A stretch of DNA of 64,000 nucleotides from Octopus vulgaris (lineage: Eukaryota). Location: contig OX597824.1 of assembly GCA_951406725.2 (NCBI GenBank), positions 49,848,001-49,912,000 on the forward strand, written 5' to 3'. The notes under the pieces are model-generated. The model saw nothing but the letters and a program-made list of their open reading frames with translations, was not told the origin of the DNA and ran no database searches. The translations under genes and the position numbers were made by a program. Each line of letters starts with the position of its first letter. Position 1 is the first letter of the stretch. This document shows positions 1 through 14,624 of the stretch, piece after piece.

Positions 1-974
1 CAGCTATGGAAGGTGAAGCCATTGTTACTTGCCGAGTGTGTGAGTCTGGTAAAAGAATTGTCGCCATAATGCTCTGTACTGCCACGTGAGAAATGTTTTG
101 TTTTCTCCAACGTCGGGTTCACCGCTTTAGTGAGTACATGAGTGTTTTCATTGTTAGGTTGGCGATGTGCTGATTATGTGTGGACTCCGTGTAAATGAAG
201 AATAAACACTCACTAAATATAATAATTTTTATTTTGTTGGAAGATGTTATGGCATTCTGGCATGTACCGTTTAAACAAAAATAGAGTGAGAGAATATATT
301 ACCAGAGAGAGGCATTGCGACACCACGTGTAGGGCGCTGAAGCAAAGAAAGACAACTAATAGTCCTAGCTGTGGGTAGTGAGTGCCCAAGGAAAAAGACA
401 GAGAGTCCTGTCAGTCCTTATATGCCTTCACGACTTCCGTTAAGGGTTCTTGTGTTTTGCGCATGCGTCGTGGCTGTCCGCTTCGTCCCTTCCGGGCCTT
501 TCATGTTTAGCCCTGAGATAATCCAAGCAGGCACGACAAGTACGCTACATCTTTGCATTCATATATTCAAAATTAGTTTAGCCGGTATAATCTAAAGTAA
601 ATTTGGCTGGTAATTATAGCAGGCCGTTTGTTTATGCAGTTGCTGTTGCTCCTTTGTTGTTTCGATGAGAGTGGTGGTTTTAGCCAGGCCGGATGGCGCA
701 ACTCTCAGGTTTCGTTTGCTGATTGACCGCGGGTAACAGCTGCTTGTCTTTGTTTTTAGGTTAATCAAGATTTTTTGGAGTGCTTTGGCTTGTTTTCTGT
801 GTCTATTTCTTTAAAGATATGATATTTCTATATTATATCATTCATATTATTATTTGTACAATTTAAATTAGAGTTAATCTGTTATTATGTACATATTACT
901 TTTGTTTTGTTTTATTTTCTCTCGTTTACTATAATACTCCTCTTTCAGTGTCCCTCTAGCAAATTAAGAAAACA

Positions 975-1790
<816 letters not shown>

Positions 1791-1852
1791 AGTAGTGGAA
1801 GGGTGGACTAGAAAATTCGTTACGGTGTCGAATAGAAGGTCTTTCAGTAATA

Positions 1853-2014
1853 GGTGTAGGTGTGGCTGCGTGGTGAGAAGCTTGTTTCCCAACCACATGG
1901 TTCCGGGTTCAGTTCCACTGCGTGGCACCTTGGGCAAGTGTCTTCTACTATAGCCTTGCACCGACCAAAGCCTTGTGAGAGGATTTGGTAAACGGAAACT
2001 GAAAGAAGACCGTC

Positions 2015-2016
<2 letters not shown>
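1853..2016 (+). mobile_element. tRNA-derived SINE family B, 5' half
   Basis: GTGGCTGCGTGGTGAGAAG...GGTTCAGTTCC...ACCTTGGGCAAGTG...GGAAACTGAAAGAAG is the same sequence as the copies at 30393 and 38826. Confidence 0.85.
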
Positions 2017-2061
<45 letters not shown>

Positions 2062-2096
2062 TATAATTATAATTAAGGGTTAATTGCAACAAGTTG

Positions 2097-2662
2097 CTCA
2101 AAACCACATACCGAAAATGTTAGAAATAGCAGCCAAAATTGATCACTATTTCCCCTACTAATAAAAAGTCTCCACAAACAAACAGAATTTGTAACCTGTA
2201 CATGGCAAAAAAAGAAGAAAATAACGAAATCCCAGCCTATGGATTAATTATAGACGAATCGTTTCTGGATTAGAACCGAAGGCTCATTTCCTTGTCAATA
2301 TAATATTTCCTATAAATCTAGAAATGCTAGGGGAAAAACTCACCCGTTACACCAGTACGACCAGCGACCGTTAGATCGTTCGATGTCGCTGGTCGTGCTG
2401 GTGTAACGGGTGAGTTTTCCCCTAGCATTTCTAGATTTATAGGAAATATTATATTGACAAGGAAATGAGCCTTCGGTTCTAATCCAGAAACGATTCGTCT
2501 ATAATTAATCCATAGGAAGAAAATAACGAAATCGTTATTTTCTTCCTTTTTTGCCACATACAGGTTACAAATTCTGTTTGTTTGTGGAGACTTTTTATTA
2601 GTAGGGGAAATAGTGATCAATTTTGGCTGCTATTTCTAATATTTTCCGTATGTGGTTTTGAG
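2097..2662. mobile_element. Fold-back (long inverted repeat) element with a degenerate hammerhead motif, Penelope-like terminal-repeat derivative
   Basis: Arms 2097-2368 and 2385-2662 are near-perfect reverse complements around a 16-nt loop. The element lies just after (TA)n and truncates the 3' end of the R4 LINE. Confidence 0.75.
2448..2505 (+). ncRNA. Degenerate type I hammerhead ribozyme remnant (mirrored on the other arm)
   Basis: ATTATA-TTGACAA-GGA...TCC-A-GAAA-CGATTCG-TC-TATAAT. Stems I and III and the GUC cleavage triplet are intact; the CUGANGA core is mutated at two positions. Confidence 0.5.
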
Positions 2663-3567
2663 GCGCCTACTATTATAGGAATTGTTTCTGTTTTAGGCTT
2701 CACATTCGAGTTACCTCTATTTTCAGATCTTTGTATTTTGAAAGTTTCTCTGTTTCTATTAGAGAAACATTATCATCTGTTGGTATTGATACATCGATTA
2801 GAAAGCACTTTTTCTTGGTGATCTCTGACAACTATATCCGGCCTATTGGTCTTAATTTCTCTATCTGTATATATTGGCATATCCCAGAGTATGGTTGCTT
2901 TCTCATTTTGTGTGACCTTTTCTGGAATGTGTCTATACCATCTTTTTTATTTTGTTATTCCATAGTATTAGCATAGCTTTCAGTGTATATAGGTCCCAAC
3001 TCAGTCGTGTCTGTGAATATATTCCTTCTTAACCAGGACTGGACAGCCAGAGACAATATGATTTATTGTTTCCTCTCCATCACCACATATTCTGCAAGTA
3101 CTTCTTTTATTTCTTTTCATTACGTGTTTTTGGTGATTTCTGGTGGGAAGGCTTTGATCTTGTGCTGCAATTAAAAATTCTCCAGTCTCTGCTTTGAGTC
3201 CTGAGCTTCTCAGCTATTGTTTGGACTTTGCTTTGTCTATTTCTTTTCTGTTTAGCTTAACCCAATATTTGTCATGAAAGGGCATTTCTTGTCACCGTTT
3301 TCTCATGATCCGTTGCTTTTCCAGTTTTAGTTTGGATTTCAGTTGTTTTACAGCTCTCTTTTTCGTCATAGTCGTTAGATACTATGACTTCTTCTTTGTT
3401 TTTGTCTGCTTCCTTACAGACTGAAATCAGGTTTTTGTTTTGTTCGTGTTTTGTGGCTATATGTATTAGTTTTCCTTGCTTCTGAAGTAGGTATTTCTGT
3501 AGACCTATGGTGGTTACTTTGTAACAGTTTTCTAGCTGTATAAAGCCTCTACCACTTCCGATACGTT

Positions 3568-3800
3568 AAGGCGGCGAGCTAGCGGAAACGTTAGCACGCC
3601 GGGCGAAATGCGTAGCCGTATTTCGTCTGCCGTTACGTTCTGAGTTCAAATTCCGCCGAGGTCGACTTTGCCTTTCATCCATTCGGGGTCGATAAATTAA
3701 GTACCAGTTACGCACTGGGGTCGATGTAATCGACTTAATCCGTTTGTCTGTCCTTGTTCGTCCCCTCTGTGTTTAGCCCCTTGTGGGTTGTAAAGAAATA
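3568..3800 (+). mobile_element. tRNA-derived SINE family A, full length, inserted in the R4 LINE with an 8-bp TSD
   Basis: It has A/B-box-like segments (GAGTTCAAATTCC) and a central GCCTTTCATCCATTCGGGGTCGATAAATTAAGTACCAG domain resembling the MetaSINE core. The direct repeat GATACGTT sits at 3560-3567 and 3801-3808. Confidence 0.92.
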
Positions 3801-3917
3801 GATACGTTGTATATATAACATATGTCAGATATTAAGTGGTGTATCCTAAATCCTATCATTATTTTTCTTGTTTTCCTGTCTATTTTGATTAGTTCATTTA
3901 GAGTCCAGTTAACTTAT

Positions 3918-4024
3918 AATGTAGTACAATGGTTTTGCTATGGAATAGTGAAACTATTTTTTCGTTTTCTGAAAAAGCGACGTTTTGGACTTACGACACT
4001 TTTGCATAATAGTAACGATACAAA

Positions 4025-4099
<75 letters not shown>

Positions 4100-4583
4100 C
4101 ATATACAAATAAAAATTTGTTTCTTTTTAAGTGCTGAAAAAATACAAATAAGGTTACTTATTTTCGAACAGCAGAAACATTGGGTAAATTACCCTTACAA
4201 GCGGAAAAAATTGTTAACAACCATCTATGGGACTCGAACCCATAACTCTTGATATGACTCCGGCTAAGTACCTTACCATTAAGTTAAACTGCCCTCTGGA
4301 AATTCAATCCTCTTTTTAGCCGCTTTTAAAGCTATATACACATTTCCGAAGTTATAAAAAAACGTTAGTTTGTTTATATTTATATATACGTTTAAATAGC
4401 GGGGACACAACGTGGCATGGCACAAATTATTAACCATACTTAATTTTGACTGATCTCTGTTACTCTTGTTCAAAGCTGTTTAGCACAAGACTGAGATACC
4501 TCACGACAGTGTCCTGTATAGTTACGGGTTTCTCTTTGACAAAGACAAGGCGTAGCACCTGCTCAGCCACTCTGCATATTTAG
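3918..4583 (-). repeat. Inverted local duplicate of 7992-8685 inserted into the R4 LINE
   Basis: Reverse-complement match with a few substitutions, including the (CA)n(TA)n tract. The LINE reading frame resumes on both sides in the same orientation. Confidence 0.9.
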
Positions 4584-6998
4584 GTTAGAGTGTTGATACT
4601 TACTATCTTGCTTTTCGCATTGAGCTCTGTTTTCAATATTAATCTAACTCGTCTATAGTATTCCTTTTTTATCTTCTCTTTCATCTGTGTGTGTTGTATC
4701 GTATCTAGATCATTGATTTCTAAGTATTTGTATGTCTGGCTTTTGTCTAATTATCTATTTCATTTGCTTTATCTAGTGGGATGTTGCCACTCTTAACTAG
4801 TTTTCCACTTTTCAAGGTTGCTTTGGCACATTTTTCTAACTCAAATTTCATGTTTATTTCTTTGGTAACTCCATGTACTGTCTGTAGTAATGTTTCCAGC
4901 TGTTAACAATTTTTCGTGTACTATTTTTAGATCATCCATATATAAGAGGTGGCTGATTGTTTTGCCGTAACAGTTGTATCCACATCCATTTCTGTTTGGC
5001 GTGTCAAATAAAGGTGTCAGTGTCAAGCAGAAATGGTGTGGAGAGAGTGTGTCTCCATGGAATATTCCTCTTCTAATGGGGGTGGCCTTGATTTTTATGA
5101 ATCCCTCTTTTGTCTGGAGCCGTAGCACTGTCTGCAATTTATTCATGGAATGCTGTATATATTTTATTATTATTGGTGCTACCTTGTTCATGGCTAGTGT
5201 TTCTAGGATCCATGCACGGGGAATACTATCAAAAGCCTTTAGGTAATCGATCAAGGCCATACTTAGACCCTTCTTTCTGTGGCTGTCTTCAGTTATGGCT
5301 TTGTTGATCAGTAGCTAATCTTTACAGCCATAATGACCCTTGCAATATCTCTTCTGCTCTTCTGGAAACAGGTTGTTTTCTTTCAGATGTTTGCCCATTC
5401 TCGGCGATACTATTGCAGTAAAAGCTTTGTAAATTGTAGCGAGACAAGTTATCGGTCTATAATTTTGTGGGTTTACCGTTTCAGTAGATTTGAGAATTGG
5501 GATAGTCTTCCCTTCCATGAGCCATTCAGGCATTGTTTCTGATTCTGCTAGTATTTCATTAAATTTCTCAGCCAGATTTTTACGTGCTCCTGTTTGATAT
5601 TTTAACCAGAAGTTGTCGTGCCCGGGTGCCTTCCAGTTGCTTAGTTTTTGCAGTGCTTGGGTCACCTCTTCAGTTGTTACAGGAGCCCAGAGTTGTCCAG
5701 GTGCTGTGTTCGTTGTTTTTATAGATCTTTTCTGAGATTGTTCCATCGCCGACCCTATTTCTTTTCAAAATGCTTCCACTTCTTCTGCTATTGGTGCTGC
5801 ATTGATCTCTATTTTATTTTTGGCGAGTTCTTGATAAAATCTTTTGGGGTTGGAGTTGAATTGTTTGTTTTGTTCAAAGAAACGTTGGCGTTTCTCATAC
5901 CGGTGGGTTATTTGTGCTTTGGTGAGGATATCTTGCTTTAGTTGTTCTTTTATCTTAGCTATATCTTGTTCTGTAATTTTGTATTTACGTAGTATTTTTC
6001 TCTTTTTGTTGCTTAGTAGTGTTGATTGTTTACTAGTTTCATTAAGGATTGATAGATTTTATCTCTTAGTTTCAATTTTTTCTGAATATTATTTATCCAC
6101 AGGGTTTGTTTGGGTGGGTGATACTCCTGTTTGGATGGGTTTTAAGGGGTATCTAGCTTCTTCTCAGAGGCTGCTGCCTATATTATATCATTTAGCCTGG
6201 TCATATTGACATTTGTTTCTGTGACTATTAGTTCTGTGACGGCCAGTTTCAAGCTATTTATTATTGATGTTGTTTTATTATCAATTTTAATTTTTGGGAG
6301 GTACAATCGGTGGTTCACACTGGCATCTGTGGCTTTCAATTCTTTGATTATGCTCATTTTTAGTGTATCATAACCATTAGTTTCACCTTCACTGTTTTCA
6401 GGTTTTAGTTTTGTTCCGTATTTCTTCCTATTTATATTTTTGTCTGTGGTGTTCTGGTTTGGTGCATTTTGCTCGTCATTATACATTTCTATGGTCTGGG
6501 TTTGTTGTCTTTCGTTACTTACTTCGTTTTTGTTAGATATGTTACGTCTGTTTTCGTATTTTACAGTCCCAGTGCTTATGATATTATTTGGCATTGCTGT
6601 GTGGTTACTATCTACGTTTTCCTGATGTATTCTTCATTTTATGTGTTCTATTTCTATTTCTGATATATTTTTACTTTGAGAATATATCCCCGTATGTTAG
6701 CTATTTTATTAGGGTTTATTTCTGTATCTAAGTCTTTATCTAGGTAAATGTTCTTCCAGATTTATAAGTGGGCAGAGAACTGCTGTATATCTTCCTCCTC
6801 CCCCTTCTCCTCCTCCTCCTCCTCCTCATTTTTCCTGATTCATTATGCTAATCTTGTTTACCCCCACAACAACACACACTCACACACATATACACTCACA
6901 CACATGCATTCTCACACATACGCACAAACATTCTTCGTTTTGTCCTGTACTGTCCATAATATTTTTTAAAAGTAAACTCTTTGTGGTTAATAAAGAAA

Positions 6999-7090
<92 letters not shown>

Positions 7091-7093
7091 TAG

Positions 7094-7312
7094 GTCACGA
7101 GGGATCTGGCAGAATCGTTAGCACGCCGGGCGAAATGCTTAGTGGTACTTCCTCTACCGCTACGTTCTAAGTTCAAATTCCGTCGAGGTCGAGTTTGTCT
7201 TTTATCCTTTCGGGGTCGATAAAATTAGTACCAGTTACGCACTGGGATCGATGTAATGGATTTGATCCCTTTTCCCCAAATTTGAGGCCTTGTACTTCCA
7301 GTAGAAAGGATT
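7094..7312 (+). mobile_element. SINE family A with the alternative tail ending AGAAAGG(ATT)n
   Basis: Head and core as at 3568, but a different 3' tail; flanked by (ATT)n. Confidence 0.85.
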
Positions 7313-7346
7313 ATTATTATCATTATTATCATTAAAGTCACAAGCT

Positions 7347-7532
7347 AGTTGGCAGAATCGTTAGCACGCCGGTCAAAATGCTTAGCGGCATTTCGTTCGT
7401 ATTTACGTTTTGATTTCAAATTCTGTCGAATTCGACTTTGTCTTTCATCCTTTCGTGGTCGATACAATAAGTACCAGTTGAATACTGAGGTCAATGCAAT
7501 CGATTTACCCCTTCCCTCCAAAACCAGACCTT
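7347..7532 (+). mobile_element. SINE family A, diverged copy
   Basis: GGCAGAATCGTTAGCACGCCGG...CTTTCATCCTTTCGTGGTCGATA. Confidence 0.8.
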
Positions 7533-7666
7533 GATATAATGGAACAGCATTAACGAACAAAACCTTCCTTCTTTCAAGATGGCGATGTGTAAGATTATAA
7601 TTCACTGGTTCTGAAGTTGATCTCTGAAGTATAATTATGAAATTTGTCAACACAAGTTTTCTTATT

Positions 7667-7744
<78 letters not shown>

Positions 7745-7823
7745 ATTTATATGTGTGTGTGTGTGTATAAACATATATACATATACAATGATAATTTATT
7801 TTTGAACGCAGTGACGCCGTTAG

Positions 7824-8412
7824 AATAGCAGAAACATTGGCTAAATTTTCCTTACAAAGTGAAAAAAATCTGTCAACAACCAGCTGTGGTACTCGAACCC
7901 ATATCTCGTGAAATAACCACGGCTAATTGCTTTACCATTAAGCTAAACTGCCCCGCTGTCAAATCAACCCGCTTTTTAGACGCTTTTAAAGCTAAATATG
8001 CAGGGTGGCTGAGCAGGTGCTACGCCTTGTCTTTGTCAAAGAGAAACCCGTAACTATACAGGACACTGTCGTGAGGTATCTCAGTCTTGTGCTAAACAGT
8101 TATGAACAAGAGTAACAGAGATCAGTCAAAATTAAGTATGGTTAATAATTTGTGCCATGCCACGTTGTGTCCCCGCTATTTAAACGTATATATAAATATA
8201 AACAAACTAACGTTTTTTTATAACTTCGGAAATGTGTATATAGCTTATAAAGCGGCTAAAAAGAGGATTGAATTTCCAGAGAGCAGTTTAACTTAATGGT
8301 AAGGTACTTAGCCGGAGTCATATCAAGAGTTATGGGTTCGAGTCCCATAGATGGTTGTTAACAATTTTTTCCACCTGTAAGGGTAATTTACCCAATGTTT
8401 CTGCTGTTCGAA
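7824..8412. mobile_element. Element with long diverged inverted arms, each holding a tRNA-like Pol III cassette pointing outward
   Basis: 7824-7995 is a diverged reverse complement of about 8238-8410. Each arm has an A-box-like TA(G/A)CTTAATGG, a B-box-like GGTTCGAGT(C/A)CC and a downstream T-run. Confidence 0.65.
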
Positions 8413-8470
8413 AATAAGTTACCTTATTTGTATTTTTTCAGCACTTAAAAAAGAAACAAATTTTTATTTG

Positions 8471-8582
<112 letters not shown>

Positions 8583-9763
8583 TATCGTTACTATTATGCA
8601 AAAGTGTCGTAAGTCCAAAACGTCGCTTTTTCAGAAAACGAAAAAATAGTTTCACTATTCCATAGCAAAACCATTGTACTACATTTTGACAATTTTTCAT
8701 ATCTTGCCATCTGATGTATCAGGATACATTTTGTAAATCCAGGGCCATATTCTCTTCTGTGTTTATTTCTTTTCTCCTTTAAGATGGTAGACTGCAATTT
8801 GGATGACATACAGCATGTAGGAAAAATACCCACGCAGATTATACACAGAAAAATTGTGGTTAGCCTTCAGCTAGAGTAGAAGAGGTTGGGTGACAAATGA
8901 ATAACATGTATAGTTCATACAATAAGCTTCCTTGCAGTTTCCAACTAGTAGATTGTACTAAAAAGAAACTTAGAGTGACCCACAAGATAAAGTAGAAAGC
9001 ACTTGCCTAAGGCGCCATGCCGTGAGGTCGAGTTTGTGATTTTGTGGTTGCGAAGCCATTTTTTTTAACTATCTGTTTATTGACCTGAACACACACACAC
9101 ACGCACACTCACGCACACACAGAGATGATAACTACACCACATAGCTAGAGCCACCTAATACAATAGGTTTTATTTTGTGATAGTTTAGTGCAAGATGTGG
9201 CGAAATTGGAGACATCATGCAGTGATAGCTTCAGGAGACAGAGAACTATTACCGATGCCGTTAGCGATTACTACAGGATAACTACAACCCTAACATACAC
9301 ACAAATAAGAAAAAAGCCACACCACACTACACATACAAAAGCACACACAAATACACACACAAAACAATGCAAAATGAAGCAACAATAAACAAGAATAATA
9401 AAATGCGCCATATTGAGAAGATGAAAACAAGGTGATGATACGATATAGCAATACATAAAGAATCATAATTCGCTCTGAATATTAATGTACATTATGTGCT
9501 AACCGTGATGGCTATATATATGTATATATATATATCAGCGTTTTAGTGCCACCAGATTGACGATAGTATAGTTGAACACACGAGAAATGTGTGTGCATGT
9601 ATGTATGTATGTATATATGTACGTATGTATTATGTATGCATATGTACGTATATGCAGCCACTTTCCCGCGCGCAAAGAGAAAAATACACACACAAATACA
9701 TATACATACTTACTATGATTACCGTTTTACTGTAACCTGATTGTCCGTTGTTTCGTTGAACAT

Positions 9764-9859
<96 letters not shown>

Positions 9860-9927
9860 TATATAAATAAATATATATATATATATATATACATATATAT
9901 TTATATATATATATATATACATATATA

Positions 9928-9979
<52 letters not shown>

Positions 9980-10389
9980 TATATACATACATATATGCAC
10001 ATACACGTACACACAAATATAAATATATGTGTATATGAGAGCAATGTGGGTAATATATAGAAAATCGGTTATACGTTGTACTTTGTCCAGAATTTTACCA
10101 GCATCAATTGTTTCTTTGATCTGCATAGAATTTTACAGGCGACCCACCGCCACCCTCCAAAATACCCTTGAGCCAACCCACAATCTTCTCCTCCTCGCCT
10201 CCTCCTCCTCCTCCTCGTCCTCGTCCTCCTCCTCCTCTTTCAAACGGTGCTCTCCTTTTTAATACCAATGTCACATACTCCCACACCGCCTGCCATATCC
10301 ATACCCGGAACAAAAATGAAAAAATAAATAAAAGAGTGACACAAAAACAAAAGAAGCAAGTAAAAAATAGTCAACACTAACCAAACGAA

Positions 10390-10616
10390 ACCTTCTACTC
10401 CAAAACCAGCACCAACACCACCACCAGCATCAACAGCACCACCACCACCAGCATCACCATCACTAACACCAGCGCCAGCACCAGCACTACCCCACCTCCC
10501 ACACCACCACCATTCATGCTGCCGCCACTATCACGTGTCTTCCCAGTAACCCGGCAGACACTACCTCGTTAATCACCGCAAATATTATCATTACACACAC
10601 ACTAAATACACATATG

Positions 10617-10662
<46 letters not shown>

Positions 10663-10785
10663 CATATATAGTGTGTGCGCGTGTGTATGGGTATATATAT
10701 ATATATATATATATATTTACACACACAAACATATACACACTCATATATATAAAGCTATTTATTTATCTATCTATCTTTCTATCTT

Positions 10786-10872
<87 letters not shown>

Positions 10873-11040
10873 AATCAATCATTGATACAGATCATTTATA
10901 TACACCGCTGAATATAAATGATTCGACAAGCCAACTGTGACTGCTACTACGACCAGTACTGTCACTATCATTACCACCACTATCACCATCACGACCAGTA
11001 CTGTCACTATCATTACCACCACTATCACCATCACCACCAT

Positions 11041-11114
<74 letters not shown>

Positions 11115-11646
11115 GGAAACCACATTACTACCATCACTACGAACAATATCACACCACCACCGCCGCCACCACCACCACCACCACCACCACCACGATAAAC
11201 ACCACATTACCATCCCTATGATAATCACACAGCCGTGTTGCTATGATCTCTACCACACCATCACCACCAATACCACTATCACCACAACCACCACCACCAG
11301 CACCATCACCACACCAACACCATCACGACGATCGCCTTCTCAAGTTATCATTGGTGGCAGGCCATTTGCTTCACCCCCACCCACCAACAACAATTCAATC
11401 CCCACCTCCACAACAAAACAAACCACTGCTATTTTCAACCATTTCCCTACCATCATTACAATCACGATTATCTCCCCTTCCACGAGCAAAACCCCACACT
11501 GCCACAATCAGTTCCGTTACACCTCTGCTATCGATCATGCGATCCTGGTGTCGTCCATGTACATAGGAAAAAAAGGCAGGATTGTCTCGGCTGCAATGTC
11601 TCGATCAGGACTAGCCCGGGGCTAAACAACAGCAGCAACAACAACG

Positions 11647-11726
<80 letters not shown>

Positions 11727-11754
11727 CACCACCACCACCACCACCACCACCACC

Positions 11755-11822
<68 letters not shown>

Positions 11823-12490
11823 AATGCTCAGCTCCGCGAAACATACCACCACTATACAACAATCACCAGTGCCACCATAACTAACATAACAACTAACAAC
11901 GGTACCACTATAGTTAGTACCTCCACCTTTACTCTCACCTCTACCACAATTAACACCACCAATACCACTGCTATGAAGGCAATACTACAGCTACAACACC
12001 TAGCTTCATTATACGTTCCACCTCAGCTAATTCCAACATCATCACTATTACCACTACAACCACTATCCTCATCAGCACCACTACCACCACCACCAGCACT
12101 ACCAGCACCACCAGCACTACCAGCACCACCAGCACTACCAGCACCACCAGCACTACCAGCACCACCAGCACTACCAGCACCACCATCACCACCGCAAACA
12201 ACATTGCTACACCGCAACCACAACTACCATCATTAATGCAGATACCACCCCTACCACCACCATCAACACCACCACCAAAACCACCACCACCACCACCACC
12301 ACCACCACTACAATCACCACCACCACCACTACCACCACCACCGCTCTCATCCAACACCAATACAACTCCATAACCGCTTATCCATAGCTGCCAGCACCAT
12401 CACCACTATCGCCACCATCACTCCACCACCACTACAAATATCGCCATCATTTTACCACTAACAACAACAACAACAAACTCTACCACCTAC
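10390..12490. repeat. ACC/ACT-rich low-complexity domain with an 18-bp array (about 12090-12185) and a 42-bp duplication (about 10950-11033)
   Basis: CCAGCACTACCAGCACCA repeats; CGACCAGTACTGTCACTATCATTACCACCACTATCACCATCA occurs twice. Confidence 0.9.
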
Positions 12491-13344
12491 ACCTTTAACA
12501 GTTCTGCATCTTGCTGCTCTTTACTTTCGATGTCCTCTGTTCTGTTTTACTCCGCGCTAAAAGCCAGCCCAAGCCTGCCCTGACCAGAACCGAAATTACC
12601 ATAACACAATGACGATTCGTTAATAGAGAGAAACCCGGCTTTTTCAAGGTGAGAAGGGGAAGGAAGCGCAGAGGAAAGAGAAATAGAGAAATAGAAAGGA
12701 AAACGAAGGAAGAGAACAAAATTAGGAGAATACGAAAGCCGAGTCAGAGGATGCATGTGATCGATAAAATGATGTACCAATTGAAAGTCATAAATTAAGA
12801 GCAAAGCGGTATGACAAAGAGACAGAAAAATGGACGGGCGGATTTGTGGAGATTACGATGAAATTGTTTGGCGATAAATAATCCTTTTATTCACTTACCC
12901 TCATCTTCAAATATCTCTGTCCGCGTTTTCTGGCTAGTGAGCAAATTGCTCCTCATGAAAATTGAGGGAGGAAACAACATGGCTGTCAAAGCTATCACAA
13001 AACTGACGTCATTTCCGTGAAACAAGAGATACGCTTCGCTTGACTGCGGGAACAACGAAAGGAAATGAAAAGATAGAGCAGAAGGCAATAAAACGGGTTG
13101 ATACGATGTGTTTGTTTGTTGGCTAACGATCTGACCCGTCTAAAAGAAACAACAAACATAAAATTTACAGCCGCTAACACAGAAGCACACAAAATACACA
13201 TAGAAGGACACATACACATACTTGCGTTTTCACGCACACACATACCTGTATTTCTGTGTTTGTGATTTGTGAACATAAATACAGAAAAACAATACAACAC
13301 GCAAAAACATGTGCGCGCAACACCTTTACACACCCATATATATA

Positions 13345-13398
<54 letters not shown>

Positions 13399-13608
13399 CA
13401 TGCATACATATGTATATATATACACATATGTGTGTGCATATATATGTATAACTATATAAATGTATGTATATATACATGTATATACATATGTATATATATA
13501 TATACATTTATATATATGCATATATACACATATATATATGTTTGTGTGTATATATATATGCGTATATATATCTATGTATATATCTATGTATATATGTATA
13601 TATGTATG

Positions 13609-13657
<49 letters not shown>

Positions 13658-13734
13658 GTATGTAAGTATACATATATATTGTCACTGTTGTGTATGTATA
13701 TATCTTCACGCACATATAAACAAAGTCTATATAT

Positions 13735-13817
<83 letters not shown>

Positions 13818-14218
13818 TACACACACACGTACACGCACAGTCATACATATATCTATGCATATATAGCAAAATAGATATAAAATCACCCACACGCATAGGC
13901 ATATCCACACTCACGCATACATATGAAATATATTGTAAAACAAGATGGAATAAAGTGTGGAGCTAAAAGAGAGAAAAAATAAATAAAGAGAAAAAAAGAA
14001 AAAATGGAAGAGAAATGAGTAAATGAAGAGAAAAAGGTCGGAAGGGTATAAAGTATTCAATTTAGCAAGAGGGATGACAACAATACGACCCTTGTGTCAT
14101 ATAAGTTGGTGAAAGTTTAAAGCCGAAACGAAATCGGAAAAGGGCTATTTTTTATTTTGTTGTATGTGAATATGGGGAGTAGAGTAAGGGGGTAAGTTAA
14201 AGAGAAAAAGATAGAATA

Positions 14219-14251
<33 letters not shown>

Positions 14252-14304
14252 GTGAGAGAGAAAGAGAAAGAGAGAGTGAGAGTGAGTGAGAGAGAGAGAG
14301 AGAG

Positions 14305-14434
14305 AGAGGGAATCTAGTATGAAATAGGGAGAGAAAGAGAGAGGGAAAGATGTAAAGGTTTAAAAAAAATGAAGAAGTGAAAGAAGTATTAATGATAAAA
14401 AAGAAAAAGTGGTTAGAGAGAGAAACGGACAAAG

Positions 14435-14511
<77 letters not shown>

Positions 14512-14588
14512 AGATACAGAGAGATAGAGATAGAAAGAGAGAGAAGTGATAAAATTACACAATGGTATTAGAGGGAACAAGTCTATCC

Positions 14589-14624
<36 letters not shown>

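Larger units (their letters stand above)
2663..6790 (-). mobile_element. Decayed R4/Dong-clade non-LTR retrotransposon (RT + CCHC + restriction-like endonuclease), interrupted by two insertions
   Basis: Minus-strand translation gives RT motifs (KLSNWKAPG, QNYRPITCL, IDYLKAFDS, IRRGIFHGDTLSP, ISHLLYMDDLK), then CRICGDGEETINHIVSGC, RHD, ILWD, NRPDIVV..CFLIDVSIP..EKLSKYKDL..IPIIVGA. It has many stops and frameshifts. The 5' boundary is approximate. Confidence 0.9.

Noticed and set aside
1-800. GC-richer segment that might be a Penelope or LTR terminal region (GCGCATGCG motif, TATA-like on the minus strand)
   Set aside because: I could not support any recognisable protein motif, ribozyme core or terminus, so it is left unassigned.
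11560-11645. Apparently unique island inside low-complexity DNA
   Set aside because: It resembles the diverged segments near 31640 and 36815, so it is probably the 3' end of a dispersed repeat with a (CAA)n tail.
12891-13088. Possible minus-strand exon ending at a GTAAGT donor
   Set aside because: No recognisable protein similarity or partner exon; the motif alone is insufficient.
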